Counted from the stretch's first letter, positions 34,305 to 44,488 are shown. The stretch: DNA of 64,000 bases from Planctomycetota bacterium (GCA_038212275.1 JBBQUR010000017.1:32001-96000), one strand, 5' to 3'. Numbers and translations are program-made. The notes: a model not told the origin generated them from the letters alone.

Positions 34305-36670
34305 GCCGCGCGCGGCCGCCCGCGCCGGGATCTGCGCCGGCGCCGGCGCCGTGGCCCGGCGCCGCCAGCGTCGCAGACATCGAGCGCCTCGTGCGCGGCG
34401 AGCACGGCAGCCCCTTCGACGTGCTCGGCCCGCACGCGCCAGGCGAGGCACCGGCTGAGTCGCGCGAGGCGTCTGCTGCGCCGCGCGAGGCGCCAGCTGC
34501 GCCGTCGGCGCGGACTGCGCCTGGCGGACAGGCCGTGACTCTGCGGGTCTGGATTCCAGGCGCTCGCGAGGTGCAGGCCGTGCTCGGCCGGCGTCGTGTG
34601 CCGCTCGAGCGCCGCCATCGCGACGGCTTCTTCGAGACGCGCCTCGAGACGCCCGACGCTGCGGCGGACCTGCGCTACCGCCTCGCCGTCACTGACAGCG
34701 AAGGTGTCACCACACTTCGCGATGATCCCTACCGCTTTCCGCCGCTGCTCGGCGACTTCGACCTGCACCTCTTCGGCGAGGGCACGCACGACCGCATCCA
34801 CGAAGTGCTCGGTGCGCACCTCCTGCAGCGGGACGACGTGCGCGGCGTGAACTTCGCCGTGTGGGCGCCGAATGCGCTGCGCGTGTCGGTGATCGGACCG
34901 TTCAACCGCTGGAACGAGCGTGCGCACCCGATGCGACTGCGCCCGCAGAGCGGCGTGTGGGAACTCTTCGTGCCGGGCCTGACCGCGGGCGAGCTCTACA
35001 AATTCCACATCCGCACGCGGCTGGCCGGCCGCGGCACGGTGAAAGCCGATCCGCTCGGATTCGCCATGGAGCGGCGTCCGCAGACGGCGTCCGTGGTGAG
35101 TGACCTGGAAGCCTTCCGCTGGCGCGACGGCACGTGGGTGGCGGGACGCGCGGCGAAGCAGGCGGCGGACCGCCCGATCCTCATCTACGAAGTGCACGCC
35201 GGCTCGTGGCGTCGCGTCGCGGGCGAGCAGAACCGCTGGCTCGACTGGCGCGAGCTGGCGCGGCAGCTCGTGCCCTACGCAAAGCGCATGGGCTACACGC
35301 ACCTGGAACTGATGCCCGTGTCGGAGCACCCCTACGACGCCTCGTGGGGCTACCAGCCGACCGGCCTGTTCGCGCCCACGTCGCGCTTCGGCACGCCCGA
35401 CGACTTCCGCGCCTTCGTCGATGCCGCGCACCGCGCCGGCCTCGGCGTGATCATCGACTGGGTGCCGGCGCACTTCCCCAAGGACGCGCACGGCCTCGGC
35501 TTCTTCGACGGCACGCACCTCTACGAGCACGCCGACCCGCGCAAGGGCGAGCACAAGGACTGGGGCACCTACATCTACAACTTCGGCCGGCCGCAGGTGG
35601 TCAGCTTCCTGATTGCGAGCGCGCTGTTCTGGCTGGAGCACTATCACATCGACGGCCTGCGCGTGGACGCGGTGGCCTCGATGCTGTACCTGGACTACTC
35701 GCGCAAGGAAGGCGAGTGGGAACCCAATCGCCACGGCGGGCGCGAGAACCTCGAGGCGGTGGAGTTCCTGAAGCGCTTCAATCATCTCGTGCACGCGCGC
35801 TTCCCGGGCGTGCTCACCATCGCGGAGGAATCCACCGCCTGGCCCGGCGTCACCGCGCCCGTGGAGCACGGCGGGCTCGGCTTCGACCTCAAGTGGAACA
35901 TGGGCTGGATGCACGACATGCTCGAATACATGAGCGCGGACCCGCTGGGCCGTTCGCACATGCAGGGGAAGCTCACGTTCTCGCTCTACTACGCCTTCAG
36001 CGAGCGATTCCTGCTGCCGCTCTCGCACGACGAGGTCGTGCACGGCAAGCGCTCGCTGCTGTTCAAGATGCCCGGCGACCGCTGGAACAAGTTCGCCAAC
36101 CTGCGCGCGCTCTACGCCTACATGGCGGCGCACCCGGGCAAGAAGCTGCTCTTCATGGGCGGCGAGCTCGGCCAGCGCCGCGAGTGGAACCACGACGACC
36201 AGCTCGACTGGGCGCTGCTGGAGCCCGACGAGAAGCACAGTCACGACGGCCACCGAAAGCTGCACCGCTTCGTGCGTGACCTGAACAGGCTGGTCCAGTC
36301 CGTGCCTGCGCTGCACGTCGAGGACTACGGCCCGCAAGGTTTCCAGTGGATCGACTTCCAGGACGAGGCGAGCAGCGTGGTGTCCTTCGTGCGCCGCGGC
36401 CGGCTGCCCGACGAGCTGCTGCTCGTCGTCGCGAACTTCACGCCGGTGCCGCGCACTCTCTATCGCATCGGAGTGCCCGTCGGCGGTGCGTGGGCTCAGC
36501 GACTGAACAGCGACGACACCCGCTACGGCGGCAGCGGCCTGGGTCAGCCTGCGGGCGTGAACGCCGAGGCCGAGCCGTGGCATGGCCACCCGCAGTCGAT
36601 CGTGCTCACGCTGCCGCCGCTGGCCGTGCTCTTCCTGGAGCCGCGGACCGTCCGGCAAGCCGAGGGCTGA
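34301..36670 (+). CDS. glgB: 1,4-alpha-glucan branching enzyme (GH13)
   Basis: FAVWAPNA, IYEVHAGSW, SWGYQ, DWVPAHFP, DGLRVDAVASM, IAEEST, LSHDEVVHGK; GTGA overlap with the upstream stop. Confidence 0.96.
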   Translation: MSRARPPAPGSAPAPAPWPGAASVADIERLVRGEHGSPFDVLGPHAPGEAPAESREASAAPREAPAAPSARTAPGGQAVTLRVWIPGAREVQAVLGRRRVPLERRHRDGFFETRLETPDAAADLRYRLAVTDSEGVTTLRDDPYRFPPLLGDFDLHLFGEGTHDRIHEVLGAHLLQRDDVRGVNFAVWAPNALRVSVIGPFNRWNERAHPMRLRPQSGVWELFVPGLTAGELYKFHIRTRLAGRGTVKADPLGFAMERRPQTASVVSDLEAFRWRDGTWVAGRAAKQAADRPILIYEVHAGSWRRVAGEQNRWLDWRELARQLVPYAKRMGYTHLELMPVSEHPYDASWGYQPTGLFAPTSRFGTPDDFRAFVDAAHRAGLGVIIDWVPAHFPKDAHGLGFFDGTHLYEHADPRKGEHKDWGTYIYNFGRPQVVSFLIASALFWLEHYHIDGLRVDAVASMLYLDYSRKEGEWEPNRHGGRENLEAVEFLKRFNHLVHARFPGVLTIAEESTAWPGVTAPVEHGGLGFDLKWNMGWMHDMLEYMSADPLGRSHMQGKLTFSLYYAFSERFLLPLSHDEVVHGKRSLLFKMPGDRWNKFANLRALYAYMAAHPGKKLLFMGGELGQRREWNHDDQLDWALLEPDEKHSHDGHRKLHRFVRDLNRLVQSVPALHVEDYGPQGFQWIDFQDEASSVVSFVRRGRLPDELLLVVANFTPVPRTLYRIGVPVGGAWAQRLNSDDTRYGGSGLGQPAGVNAEAEPWHGHPQSIVLTLPPLAVLFLEPRTVRQAEG

Positions 36671-36946
36671 AGCGGGCCGGGGCTTGCGCACAGCGCGAGA
36701 GTGACCTCGGCATCCGTCGGTGCGAGCACGTCACTCTTTCGTCGCACCGCGTGACCACGCGTGATCGCGCATGCCGACGGATCCGGAACTGCCGTCCGGC
36801 TTCGGCGAGTCGCGTGACGCGAGCATGAATCCGACAGAGGACTTCGGCTCCTTCGCCTACCGTGCCGGATTGACGCGCTCTGTGAACCGTGTTGCATTTC
36901 ACATGGCGGCCACTACAGGGCGAACCCACTACCCAGGAATCCACTC

Positions 36947-38320
36947 ATGAAGTTCCCGATCCGCCTGATGTCGACGTGCCTCGCCGGTCTGCTGTCCGCC
37001 GATGCTGGCTTCGCCCAGTCGGCTCCAAGCGCCCCCGTTGCTCCCAATCCGAGAACCTGGTCGCGCACGTACGGCGGCCCCGTTTCGGAACAGGGCCTCT
37101 ACGACGTGCGCCAGCTGCCCGGCGGGCAACTGGCCGTCGCCGGCTTCACCGGATCGTTCGGCGGTCCGACCGATGCCGACTGGTTCATGAGGCTCGACCT
37201 CGGCACCGGGGATGTGCAGGTGGAGAAGGCGAGCACCAGCAGCTTCGGAGGGTTTACCGACGGCGCGGCCATCGCGGCGGACGGCGGAGTGCTCTTCCTC
37301 GGCCGCAATGTGCAGGACATCTTCGTCAAGCACGACGCATGGCTCGTGCGCGTGGACGATGCCGGCAACGTCGTCTGGTCGCAGGGATTCACGCGCCCGG
37401 GCCCGGGGCGCTTCTTCCTCCTCGACGCCGCGGAACTGGACGACGGCTCCTGGATCGCCGTCGGAACAGCCGGCATTCTCGACCAGCCGCCGCAGGCCGC
37501 GTGGATCGTGCGCCTCACGGCCGCGGGCGTTCCGATCTGGCAATACCAGTACGGCGGCGGTCTCGTGGAAACGGCACGCTCCGTCACGCCCACCTCCGAC
37601 GGCGGCTTTGCCGTGGCCGGATGGAGCAGTTCCTCGGGCGCAGGCGGCGACGACGTCTGGGTCATGAAGATCGACGCCGATGGCGCCATCCAATGGCAAA
37701 AGACCTTCGGCGGCATGGACATCGATCAGGCCGAGGACATCGTCGAGCTCGACGACGGCGGCTTCGTCGTGGCCGCGTCCAGCAACAGCCTCACTCCCTC
37801 GGGTCACGCCCCGTGGATCCTCCGCCTCGATGACACCGGCGCGCTGCTCTGGCACCGCGTGGTGGCCGACGACGTGTGGGGCGACCTCGGCGCCGTCACG
37901 AAGACCGACGACGGGCAGGTGGTCGTCGTCGGCCGCGTCGCGGAAACGGGCTTCCCGACGAACGATCTCTGGTGCGCCAAGTTCGACGTCACCCACGGGC
38001 GCATGCTCTGGCAGCGCGCCTACGAGGGCGACACCGGCGACTTCGGCTCGGCCGTGATCCCGCTCGCCAATGCCGGCTTCGTCGTCGGCGGCACCTGGGG
38101 CTGGGGCTTCGAAGGCGAGAGCATCTGGCTCCAGCGCACCGATCGCACGGGCGACATCCCCGGCTGCAACCTCGTGCGCACGACGTCGTTCTCGCTGGTC
38201 AGGCCGCCCATCACGGTGCAGGACGGCATCACCGAGCAGGCTCCGGGAGGCGCACAGACCTTCCTCGTCGGCACGAAGGTTTCGGCGAGCGCGGCCAAGG
38301 TGATCGAGCGCTGCCGCTGA
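36947..38320 (+). CDS. Secreted beta-propeller repeat protein
   Basis: Signal peptide; repeated W...YGG / DGG.VVAG / D.W..K.D..G...W units. Confidence 0.75.
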   Translation: MKFPIRLMSTCLAGLLSADAGFAQSAPSAPVAPNPRTWSRTYGGPVSEQGLYDVRQLPGGQLAVAGFTGSFGGPTDADWFMRLDLGTGDVQVEKASTSSFGGFTDGAAIAADGGVLFLGRNVQDIFVKHDAWLVRVDDAGNVVWSQGFTRPGPGRFFLLDAAELDDGSWIAVGTAGILDQPPQAAWIVRLTAAGVPIWQYQYGGGLVETARSVTPTSDGGFAVAGWSSSSGAGGDDVWVMKIDADGAIQWQKTFGGMDIDQAEDIVELDDGGFVVAASSNSLTPSGHAPWILRLDDTGALLWHRVVADDVWGDLGAVTKTDDGQVVVVGRVAETGFPTNDLWCAKFDVTHGRMLWQRAYEGDTGDFGSAVIPLANAGFVVGGTWGWGFEGESIWLQRTDRTGDIPGCNLVRTTSFSLVRPPITVQDGITEQAPGGAQTFLVGTKVSASAAKVIERCR

Positions 38321-38376
38321 CCCGACCTTCACGGCGAACGCCGGGGAGCGCGGTGCAGTCGCGGTGAGTCGCGCCG

Positions 38377-39954
38377 TCAGCGCACCGCGTGGATGCGCGC
38401 GCTCCCCGCCGAGCGTCGCGCCAGCTGCCGTTGCGCCGCCGCCACCATGCGGGCATCGCCCTCCGCGTGCACCTCGCGCAAGGCCTCCAGCTCGGGATCG
38501 AGCAGGTCCTCCACGCCCGACTCGATGAGGTCCAGGGCCTGCTCCGTGACCGAGATCATCAGCTCGTTCGACTCCGCGATGAGCGCGCGCGATGCGTCGA
38601 CGATGTCTTCGTCGCGCGGATGCCCGGGCAGGTCGAGGTGCGCCTCGTAGGAGAGCAGCCGCAGCAGATTCCAGGTGCCGTGCACCGAGCCCGCGTTGCG
38701 CGAGCCGAGACCGTGCAGCGTCCAGTCGTAGAAGCGGTCGAGTCGCGGGTCGAGGAAGCGGTAGTCCACGTCGAAGCCGCGCTCGATGAGCCGACCCTCG
38801 GCGGCCACCCTGGCGGCCGCCGGCGTGCCCGCATACGGCAGCATGCGGCAGAAGCCCGCGGCCGATGCCCCATCGCCCACGAACTCGCGCAGGAAGGCCA
38901 GGTTGGCGCGCACGGAAGCGACGTCCGACCACGGATTGAGCAGCATGAAGCCGAAGTCGAAGGAGAGCTCGAGGTTGCGCAGCACGTCGCCGGCGCGCAG
39001 GTGCACGTCGGAGCGCAGCAGCTTGTTGAGGCGCTTGAGGTCGTCGTCGCTGCCGGCCTCGACGCCGAGGTAGACGTGCGTGAGGCCGGCGTCGACGAGC
39101 GGCGCCAGCACCGACTCCTTGACCTCGTCCGAACGGCAGCTGATCTTCCAGCGCATCGCGCGCGAGAGTCCGCGCCGTTGCAGTTCGCGCGCGATGTCGT
39201 GAGCCCAGCGCGTGGCAGCCGGGCCGCCGGCGAGGAAGTCGTCGTCCTGCCAGAGCAGGATCTCCACGCCGCGTTCGCGGTGCAGGAACTCGATCTCGTC
39301 CACCACGCGCTGCGGATCACGGCGACGCCGCCCCCGCGTGCCGTTGCCCTCGTAGAAGGTGATGATCGAGCAGAAGGAGCAGCGCCACGGACAGCCGCGG
39401 CTGCCCAGCATCGAGGCCATCGGCAGAGCCTTGGAGGCGTAGTCGATGTCGTCGCGTTCCGGCCACGGCAGCGTGTCGAGGTCTTCTCGAGCAGGCGCCG
39501 CTCCGGTTTCCACCAGCGTGCCGTCGTCGGCGAGACAGGCCAGGCCGGGGAGGTCGCGCCACTCGCGGCCGGCCACGACGCGTTCGGCAAGCGCCACCAG
39601 GCTGTCCTCGCCCTCGAAGCGCACGACCGAGTCGAGCCCCGGCATGCCGGCCAGCACGCGCCCGGGTTCGAAGGACGCGAAGTGCCCGCCCACACACAGA
39701 TGCGCGGACAAGCCGGACGCGCGCAGCGCCGCCACGACCTCCGCGAAGCGCGGCGCATAGAACTGGAAGATCAGCGAGAGGCCGACGACGTCCGGGCGGA
39801 AGGCCCGGGCGGCATCGACCACTGCCGCCGGGCCCTCCCGGAATCCCGTCAGGCGCGGCTCGTGTCCTGCCTCGCGCAAGCGGCTCGCGAGGTAGCGCAG
39901 GCCGAGATTGTCCTGGTCCTCGTAGCCGACGAGCAGGACACGAGCCGGGCGCAT
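38377..39954 (-). CDS. Cobalamin-binding radical SAM protein
   Basis: N-terminal B12-binding domain (NLGLRYLAS, PDVVGLS, GGHFAS, FEGE); SRGCPWRCSFC; DDDF; VYLGVEAG. Confidence 0.9.
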   Translation of the reverse strand: MRPARVLLVGYEDQDNLGLRYLASRLREAGHEPRLTGFREGPAAVVDAARAFRPDVVGLSLIFQFYAPRFAEVVAALRASGLSAHLCVGGHFASFEPGRVLAGMPGLDSVVRFEGEDSLVALAERVVAGREWRDLPGLACLADDGTLVETGAAPAREDLDTLPWPERDDIDYASKALPMASMLGSRGCPWRCSFCSIITFYEGNGTRGRRRRDPQRVVDEIEFLHRERGVEILLWQDDDFLAGGPAATRWAHDIARELQRRGLSRAMRWKISCRSDEVKESVLAPLVDAGLTHVYLGVEAGSDDDLKRLNKLLRSDVHLRAGDVLRNLELSFDFGFMLLNPWSDVASVRANLAFLREFVGDGASAAGFCRMLPYAGTPAAARVAAEGRLIERGFDVDYRFLDPRLDRFYDWTLHGLGSRNAGSVHGTWNLLRLLSYEAHLDLPGHPRDEDIVDASRALIAESNELMISVTEQALDLIESGVEDLLDPELEALREVHAEGDARMVAAAQRQLARRSAGSARIHAVR

Positions 39955-39955
39955 G

Positions 39956-40819
39956 TCACTGGCCCTTCGTGGAGCCGCTGATCTTCTTCGAGAGCGCCTG
40001 CTCCTCCGCCTGCAGGCGCTTGATCTCGGACTTCACCCGAGCCAGCGACTGCCGCGCATCGGCCGTGCCGCCGGCGACGACCGACGCCCCGGCGACGACA
40101 GGCGCCCCGGCGAGCTTCGCCTGGAGTTGGGCCGCCACGAGCGCGAGCCGGAACAGGTCCTCGGGACCCGGATCGACCGGCGAGACGTCCAGGATTCCGA
40201 CCTCGGCGAGGTCGAAGAGATGCTTGAGGATGCCGACATCGATTCCCGGCGACTTGGGCTTCTTGTAGAAGGCCACGTAGAAGCCGCCCTGCTTGGCGGG
40301 AATGATCACGTCATCGCTGCTGAGTGAGCCTGCGCCGAAGACGAGCCACTTCACGAAGTCGCGCGCGCCGATCGAATCCTTCGCGTCGATCGTGACGGAG
40401 CCGGAGGAGGCCGGCGTCACGCTGCTGCTTCCCGTCGTCCACAGACTGGACGGGACCACCGAGCCGATGGGCGACGTGCCGGACAGCTCGACATTGGCGT
40501 CCACGTCGAAAGCGTAGGTCGTGATCGAGGTGCCGTCGCCACCCGGCGAGCATCCGTGCGAATACCAACCCGTGACGACCGTCGTGCCCTTCACCGTCAC
40601 GCTCACCGACTGTGAGGTCGAGATGGCTCCGGCCGCATTCCAGAAGAGACGGCTGTAGATGCAGTAGTCGTATTCCGTGTTGGCCGGCGGCGTTTCGTAA
40701 TACGGGCCATTGTCCTGGATCGACACGACCGTGCCGTCGGCGACGTTGTTGATCGTCTCGGTCGGCTTGAACGTCGCGCCCGTGGGGAAGACTCGATACT
40801 CCTTGACCAGTGAACCCAT
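39956..40819 (-). CDS. Hypothetical protein (Ser/Thr/Val-rich beta region + C-terminal coiled coil)
   Basis: AAGGAG RBS before ATG 40819; stop lies 1 nt before the radical SAM ATG. Confidence 0.7.
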   Translation of the reverse strand: MGSLVKEYRVFPTGATFKPTETINNVADGTVVSIQDNGPYYETPPANTEYDYCIYSRLFWNAAGAISTSQSVSVTVKGTTVVTGWYSHGCSPGGDGTSITTYAFDVDANVELSGTSPIGSVVPSSLWTTGSSSVTPASSGSVTIDAKDSIGARDFVKWLVFGAGSLSSDDVIIPAKQGGFYVAFYKKPKSPGIDVGILKHLFDLAEVGILDVSPVDPGPEDLFRLALVAAQLQAKLAGAPVVAGASVVAGGTADARQSLARVKSEIKRLQAEEQALSKKISGSTKGQ

Positions 40820-41156
40820 GTGCCGCTCCTTGTCCGGCATCGCGCGGTCGAACGACCGGCGCGCGCCTGTCCCGTCATTGCCTCGAACCCAGTGGCGGCA
40901 TTGAACCGCGATCCCGCACTTCGTGTTTCGGATTCCGTGCCTTCGCGTGGGCCGGATCGCATGCGTGGCGCCGCCGAGACCCTCGAGTCGCACATCGAAT
41001 CGGCTCCATCGGAGCAGTCCTCGCACGGACTTACGGCATGGGGCTGGCCATCGTGCGGGCACTGGACCGACATGTTGCAACCAACAGGCCCCCTCGATAC
41101 CGTCGTCGCCGCCCGCTCGGGAAACAGTCACGTCGCATCCATCGAGAATCTGGAGC

Positions 41157-42239
41157 ATGCGCTACATGCGCTTTCCGTTCGGCCGGACGCTCGTGATCAT
41201 CGCCGCCCTCTCGGCCGGCAGCAGTTGCACGACACTGGGCCCGTCGTCCATCGCATCGGGCCGCGCGGCCTACACGGACGTCATCACGCGCACGAATGAC
41301 GAGCAGCTGCTCAACACGCTCGTGCGCATGCGCTACGCCGAGACGACGACCATGCTCGTGGTCAGTTCCGTGACCACGCAGAGCGAGGTGAGCCTTGGCA
41401 CCGGCATCCAGACAGGCACGGGTTCCGCAAAGGATGCCTACTCGGGAAACCTCGTGCCCTTCGAGCTCAGCGGAGGCTACCGCGACACGCCCACGATCAG
41501 CTACACGCCGTTGAGCGGCGAGCACTACCTGAAGCAGCTCGTCACCCCCATTTCGCTCGATCTCTACGGGCTGCTCATCGACAGTTCGCGCGATGCCGAG
41601 GCGATGCTCCGCCTGCTCACGCGCGGCATCGCGGACATGGAATCGCCGGTGCAGTACGAATCCGCGCGCGCCGCAGACCTTGCGCAGACCCTCACGCTGA
41701 TGGGTCGGCTGCGACGGGCCGGGCTGCTGAGCTTCGCGTACGACGCAGGCGCCGACGACAGGATCACCGGCGTCGCTCTGGTGCTGCAGCGCCCTGCCGG
41801 CCGAACGTCGGATGACACCGCAGCGCTCATGGCGCTCCTCGGCAAACCGGTGCCGGAGCAAGCGGGTGCACAGGTGCGGCTCCCGCTGCGCATGGGTCCG
41901 GTGACGACAGCACAGGATTCGCTGCAATTGCAGACCCGCAGCACGCTGGAGATGCTGCAGCTCGCGTCCCGCGGAGTCGACGTTCCGCAGTCGCAGCTGG
42001 AGTCGGGCATCGCGCCGCCCGACGAGGCGGCCTCGGCGCAGCCCTTTCTGAAGGTGCACAGCGGGACCAGCGCACCGGACGACCCGTTCGTCGCGGTGCA
42101 GTATCGCGGTCACTGGTTCTGGGTGGATTCCAGCGACATCCCCAGCAAGCGCGGTTTCGTGGCCATGCAGACGCTGCTGATGTCCTGCCTGAACGAGAAG
42201 GAAGCCTCGCGACCGCAACTCTCTCTGCCCATCAACTGA
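41157..42239 (+). CDS. Hypothetical lipoprotein
   Basis: Signal with Cys (ALSAGSSC-TTLGP); EQLLNTLVRMRY, PTISYTPL.G, VQYRGHWFWVD..D..SKR. Confidence 0.7.
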   Translation: MRYMRFPFGRTLVIIAALSAGSSCTTLGPSSIASGRAAYTDVITRTNDEQLLNTLVRMRYAETTTMLVVSSVTTQSEVSLGTGIQTGTGSAKDAYSGNLVPFELSGGYRDTPTISYTPLSGEHYLKQLVTPISLDLYGLLIDSSRDAEAMLRLLTRGIADMESPVQYESARAADLAQTLTLMGRLRRAGLLSFAYDAGADDRITGVALVLQRPAGRTSDDTAALMALLGKPVPEQAGAQVRLPLRMGPVTTAQDSLQLQTRSTLEMLQLASRGVDVPQSQLESGIAPPDEAASAQPFLKVHSGTSAPDDPFVAVQYRGHWFWVDSSDIPSKRGFVAMQTLLMSCLNEKEASRPQLSLPIN

Positions 42240-42241
42240 GC

Positions 42242-42266
42242 CGAGGCGTGCGGCGCCTCGCTTCTC
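42242..42266 (+). terminator. Possible intrinsic terminator hairpin
   Basis: cgaggcg-tgcgg-cgcctcg 7-bp stem right after the stop at 42239, between convergent genes; weak U-tract. Confidence 0.3.
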
Positions 42267-42403
42267 GACCGACCGGATGACGCGGTGCGCCGCTCGACGA
42301 CGTCCTCAAGCTCTGCGCCGAGCGCGACGGCGAGTCGATGGACGGCCTCACGCAGGTCGCCACGGTCCCCGACGCCCGAGGCGCGCGAGGCAGGCGGTCA
42401 CCG

Positions 42404-43483
42404 TCACTGCGGAAGTGCGGGCGTCGCGGGAGTGCGGGTCGTGGAGAGCACCTCGAATTGCACGCTGCGCCCGAGCTTTGACGGCGTCCCGTCGGGAGCC
42501 GGCAGCGTGTCCACCGGCTTGCCGTCGAGCTCCGCCCAGCCGCCGAACATGACGTTGATCGCGCCGGCCGCAGCGGGCGGCGTGAGCTGGAAGTTGCGGC
42601 CTTCCCAGAGGCTCACGCGCGTCGAGCTGAGCGATGCCCACGTGTGGGCGTCGGGCGTGGCGCAGCCGTCGCTGGCGACGATGTCGTTGGGCACCCAGCC
42701 CAGGCCTGGCACGAAGACCTCGATCCAGCAGCGGTAGCCGGGGTCGTAGGGTGCGCCGGCCTTCGCATCGAGCAGCCGGTAGCCGAACTGGATGCGCGCA
42801 GGGATGCCGCGGGCGCGCGCCAGCGCGATGAAAAGCGAGTGCAGGTCCGTGCAGCAGCCGCCGCCCTGCATGAGGCAGTTGTCCGCGGAGCCGATGCCGC
42901 ACTTGGGTTTGCTGGAGTCCTTGCTGTAGTGGTCGGCGCTGGCGGCGACGTATTGCATGAGGAGCAGCGCCTGGCGGCCGACATCGCGCTCATCGCCGCA
43001 GGCCTTGTCCGCGAGCGCGCGCATGCCGGCGTCCGCCTCCATGAGCGTCTCGTTCTGGTCGAGCGCCTCCGCGAAGAGTTCGGGCTGGATGGCATTCGCC
43101 GAGGTCGCGCCATCGAGTTCGAAGTGGACGCCCTGCCGCTCCACCGTGCACTCGAAGACGACGGAAGCGGAACCTGGAGCCGGATTGCGCACCTCGGTGT
43201 ACACGAACGCGCCGCGGCCTTCGGCCTGCTCGATCACACGGGCGTTGCCCGGTGCGGACACCAGCTTCGCGTCGATCACGCGCTGCCACGGCCCGTCGGA
43301 CGGCACGGGCACCCAGAGGCGGAGTTGCGCGCAGCCCTCCGGGATGTCGGCAAGCGTCACGGTCTGCGTGAGCTTCACCGTACGGGTCTCGACGACCTGC
43401 GGAGCAACTGCCCACGCACTGTCAGGGAACACGGAGGCAAGGAGGAGCACGGCCAGCGAACGCGCGAGTCGAGTGTGATGCAT
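42404..43483 (-). CDS. Secreted transglutaminase-like domain protein
   Basis: LWVPVP, GCCTDLHSLFIALARARGIPAR, GYRCWIEVF, GWVPND. Confidence 0.85.
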   Translation of the reverse strand: MHHTRLARSLAVLLLASVFPDSAWAVAPQVVETRTVKLTQTVTLADIPEGCAQLRLWVPVPSDGPWQRVIDAKLVSAPGNARVIEQAEGRGAFVYTEVRNPAPGSASVVFECTVERQGVHFELDGATSANAIQPELFAEALDQNETLMEADAGMRALADKACGDERDVGRQALLLMQYVAASADHYSKDSSKPKCGIGSADNCLMQGGGCCTDLHSLFIALARARGIPARIQFGYRLLDAKAGAPYDPGYRCWIEVFVPGLGWVPNDIVASDGCATPDAHTWASLSSTRVSLWEGRNFQLTPPAAAGAINVMFGGWAELDGKPVDTLPAPDGTPSKLGRSVQFEVLSTTRTPATPALPQ

Positions 43484-43584
43484 GCCACACACTTGATCCC
43501 CGAAGCCTGCGACTGTCAAGGAGTGACGATGCAGACCTCGCATTCCGCTTGGCACGCGCAGCGTGCACGAGGGATCCTGTGGCG

Positions 43585-44412
43585 ATGCCCACTCTGCGCT
43601 TCGGAACGTGCTCCTGGTCGGAGAAGTCGTGGGTCGGGCCGTTCTATCCGGCCGGGACAAAATCCGGCGACTACCTCGCCCACTACGGGACACAGTTCGA
43701 CTCGGTCGAGGCGGACAGCACCTATTATGCGTGCCCGCCCGCCGATCGGGTGCGCAACTGGCACGCGGTCACGCCGGGCGCCTTCATGATGTCCACCAAG
43801 CTGCCGCGCACCGCCTTCCTCGGCAACGACGCGCGCGAGCTGGACGCGGGACGCGTCCTGCGCGCCGAGGAGTTCGGCGCCGAGATCGCGCGCTACTACG
43901 ACGTCCTCGCGGGGCTCGAGGAGAAGGCCGGCCCCGTCGTGCTTCAGCTCCCGTGGCTGCCGAAGACGATCTTCCGCGATCCCGGGGAGTTTCTGGAGCG
44001 GCTCGACACCTTCCTTGCGGCGCTTCCCTCCACCGGGCGGCTCGGCGTCGAGGTGCGGAACCGCGAGTTTCTGCACGACGAGTTGCTCGCCGTCCTGCGG
44101 AAGCACCGCACCGCGCTCGTGCTTTCCGAGATCCGTGGCATGCCGCATCCGGCGGACGTCGCCGAGCGCCTCGACGTGATGACGACCGACTTCTTCTACG
44201 CGCGGCTCATCGGCGACCGCGCAGTCGTCGAGCGCAGGACGAAGAGCTTCGACAAGGTGGTCGTCGACAAGTCGGCGAGCCTGCAGCGCTGGGCGCACCT
44301 GGTGCGCGTCCTCGGCACGAGCGCCGACGGCTTCATCTACGTGAACAATCACTACGCGGGCCATGGGCCGGAGGGCGCCCGGGAGTTGAAGCGACTCGTC
44401 GCGGACCGCTGA
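43585..44412 (+). CDS. DUF72 family protein
   Basis: GTCSWS..W.GPFYP, FDSVEADSTYY, VLQLP, VEVRN, YARLIG, YVNNHYAG. Confidence 0.9.
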   Translation: MPTLRFGTCSWSEKSWVGPFYPAGTKSGDYLAHYGTQFDSVEADSTYYACPPADRVRNWHAVTPGAFMMSTKLPRTAFLGNDARELDAGRVLRAEEFGAEIARYYDVLAGLEEKAGPVVLQLPWLPKTIFRDPGEFLERLDTFLAALPSTGRLGVEVRNREFLHDELLAVLRKHRTALVLSEIRGMPHPADVAERLDVMTTDFFYARLIGDRAVVERRTKSFDKVVVDKSASLQRWAHLVRVLGTSADGFIYVNNHYAGHGPEGARELKRLVADR

Positions 44413-44488
44413 GCCACGGGCGGAGGTTGCGGCTGGCTCACCGCCAAAGGCGCATGACGGGCGGCAGTCGTCAGGACGGCGAGTTGCC

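Noticed and set aside
34430..34530. Ala/Pro-rich insertion with an imperfect 21-bp duplication in the glgB N-terminus
   Set aside because: In-frame loop expansion outside the catalytic domain; not an intein or mobile element.
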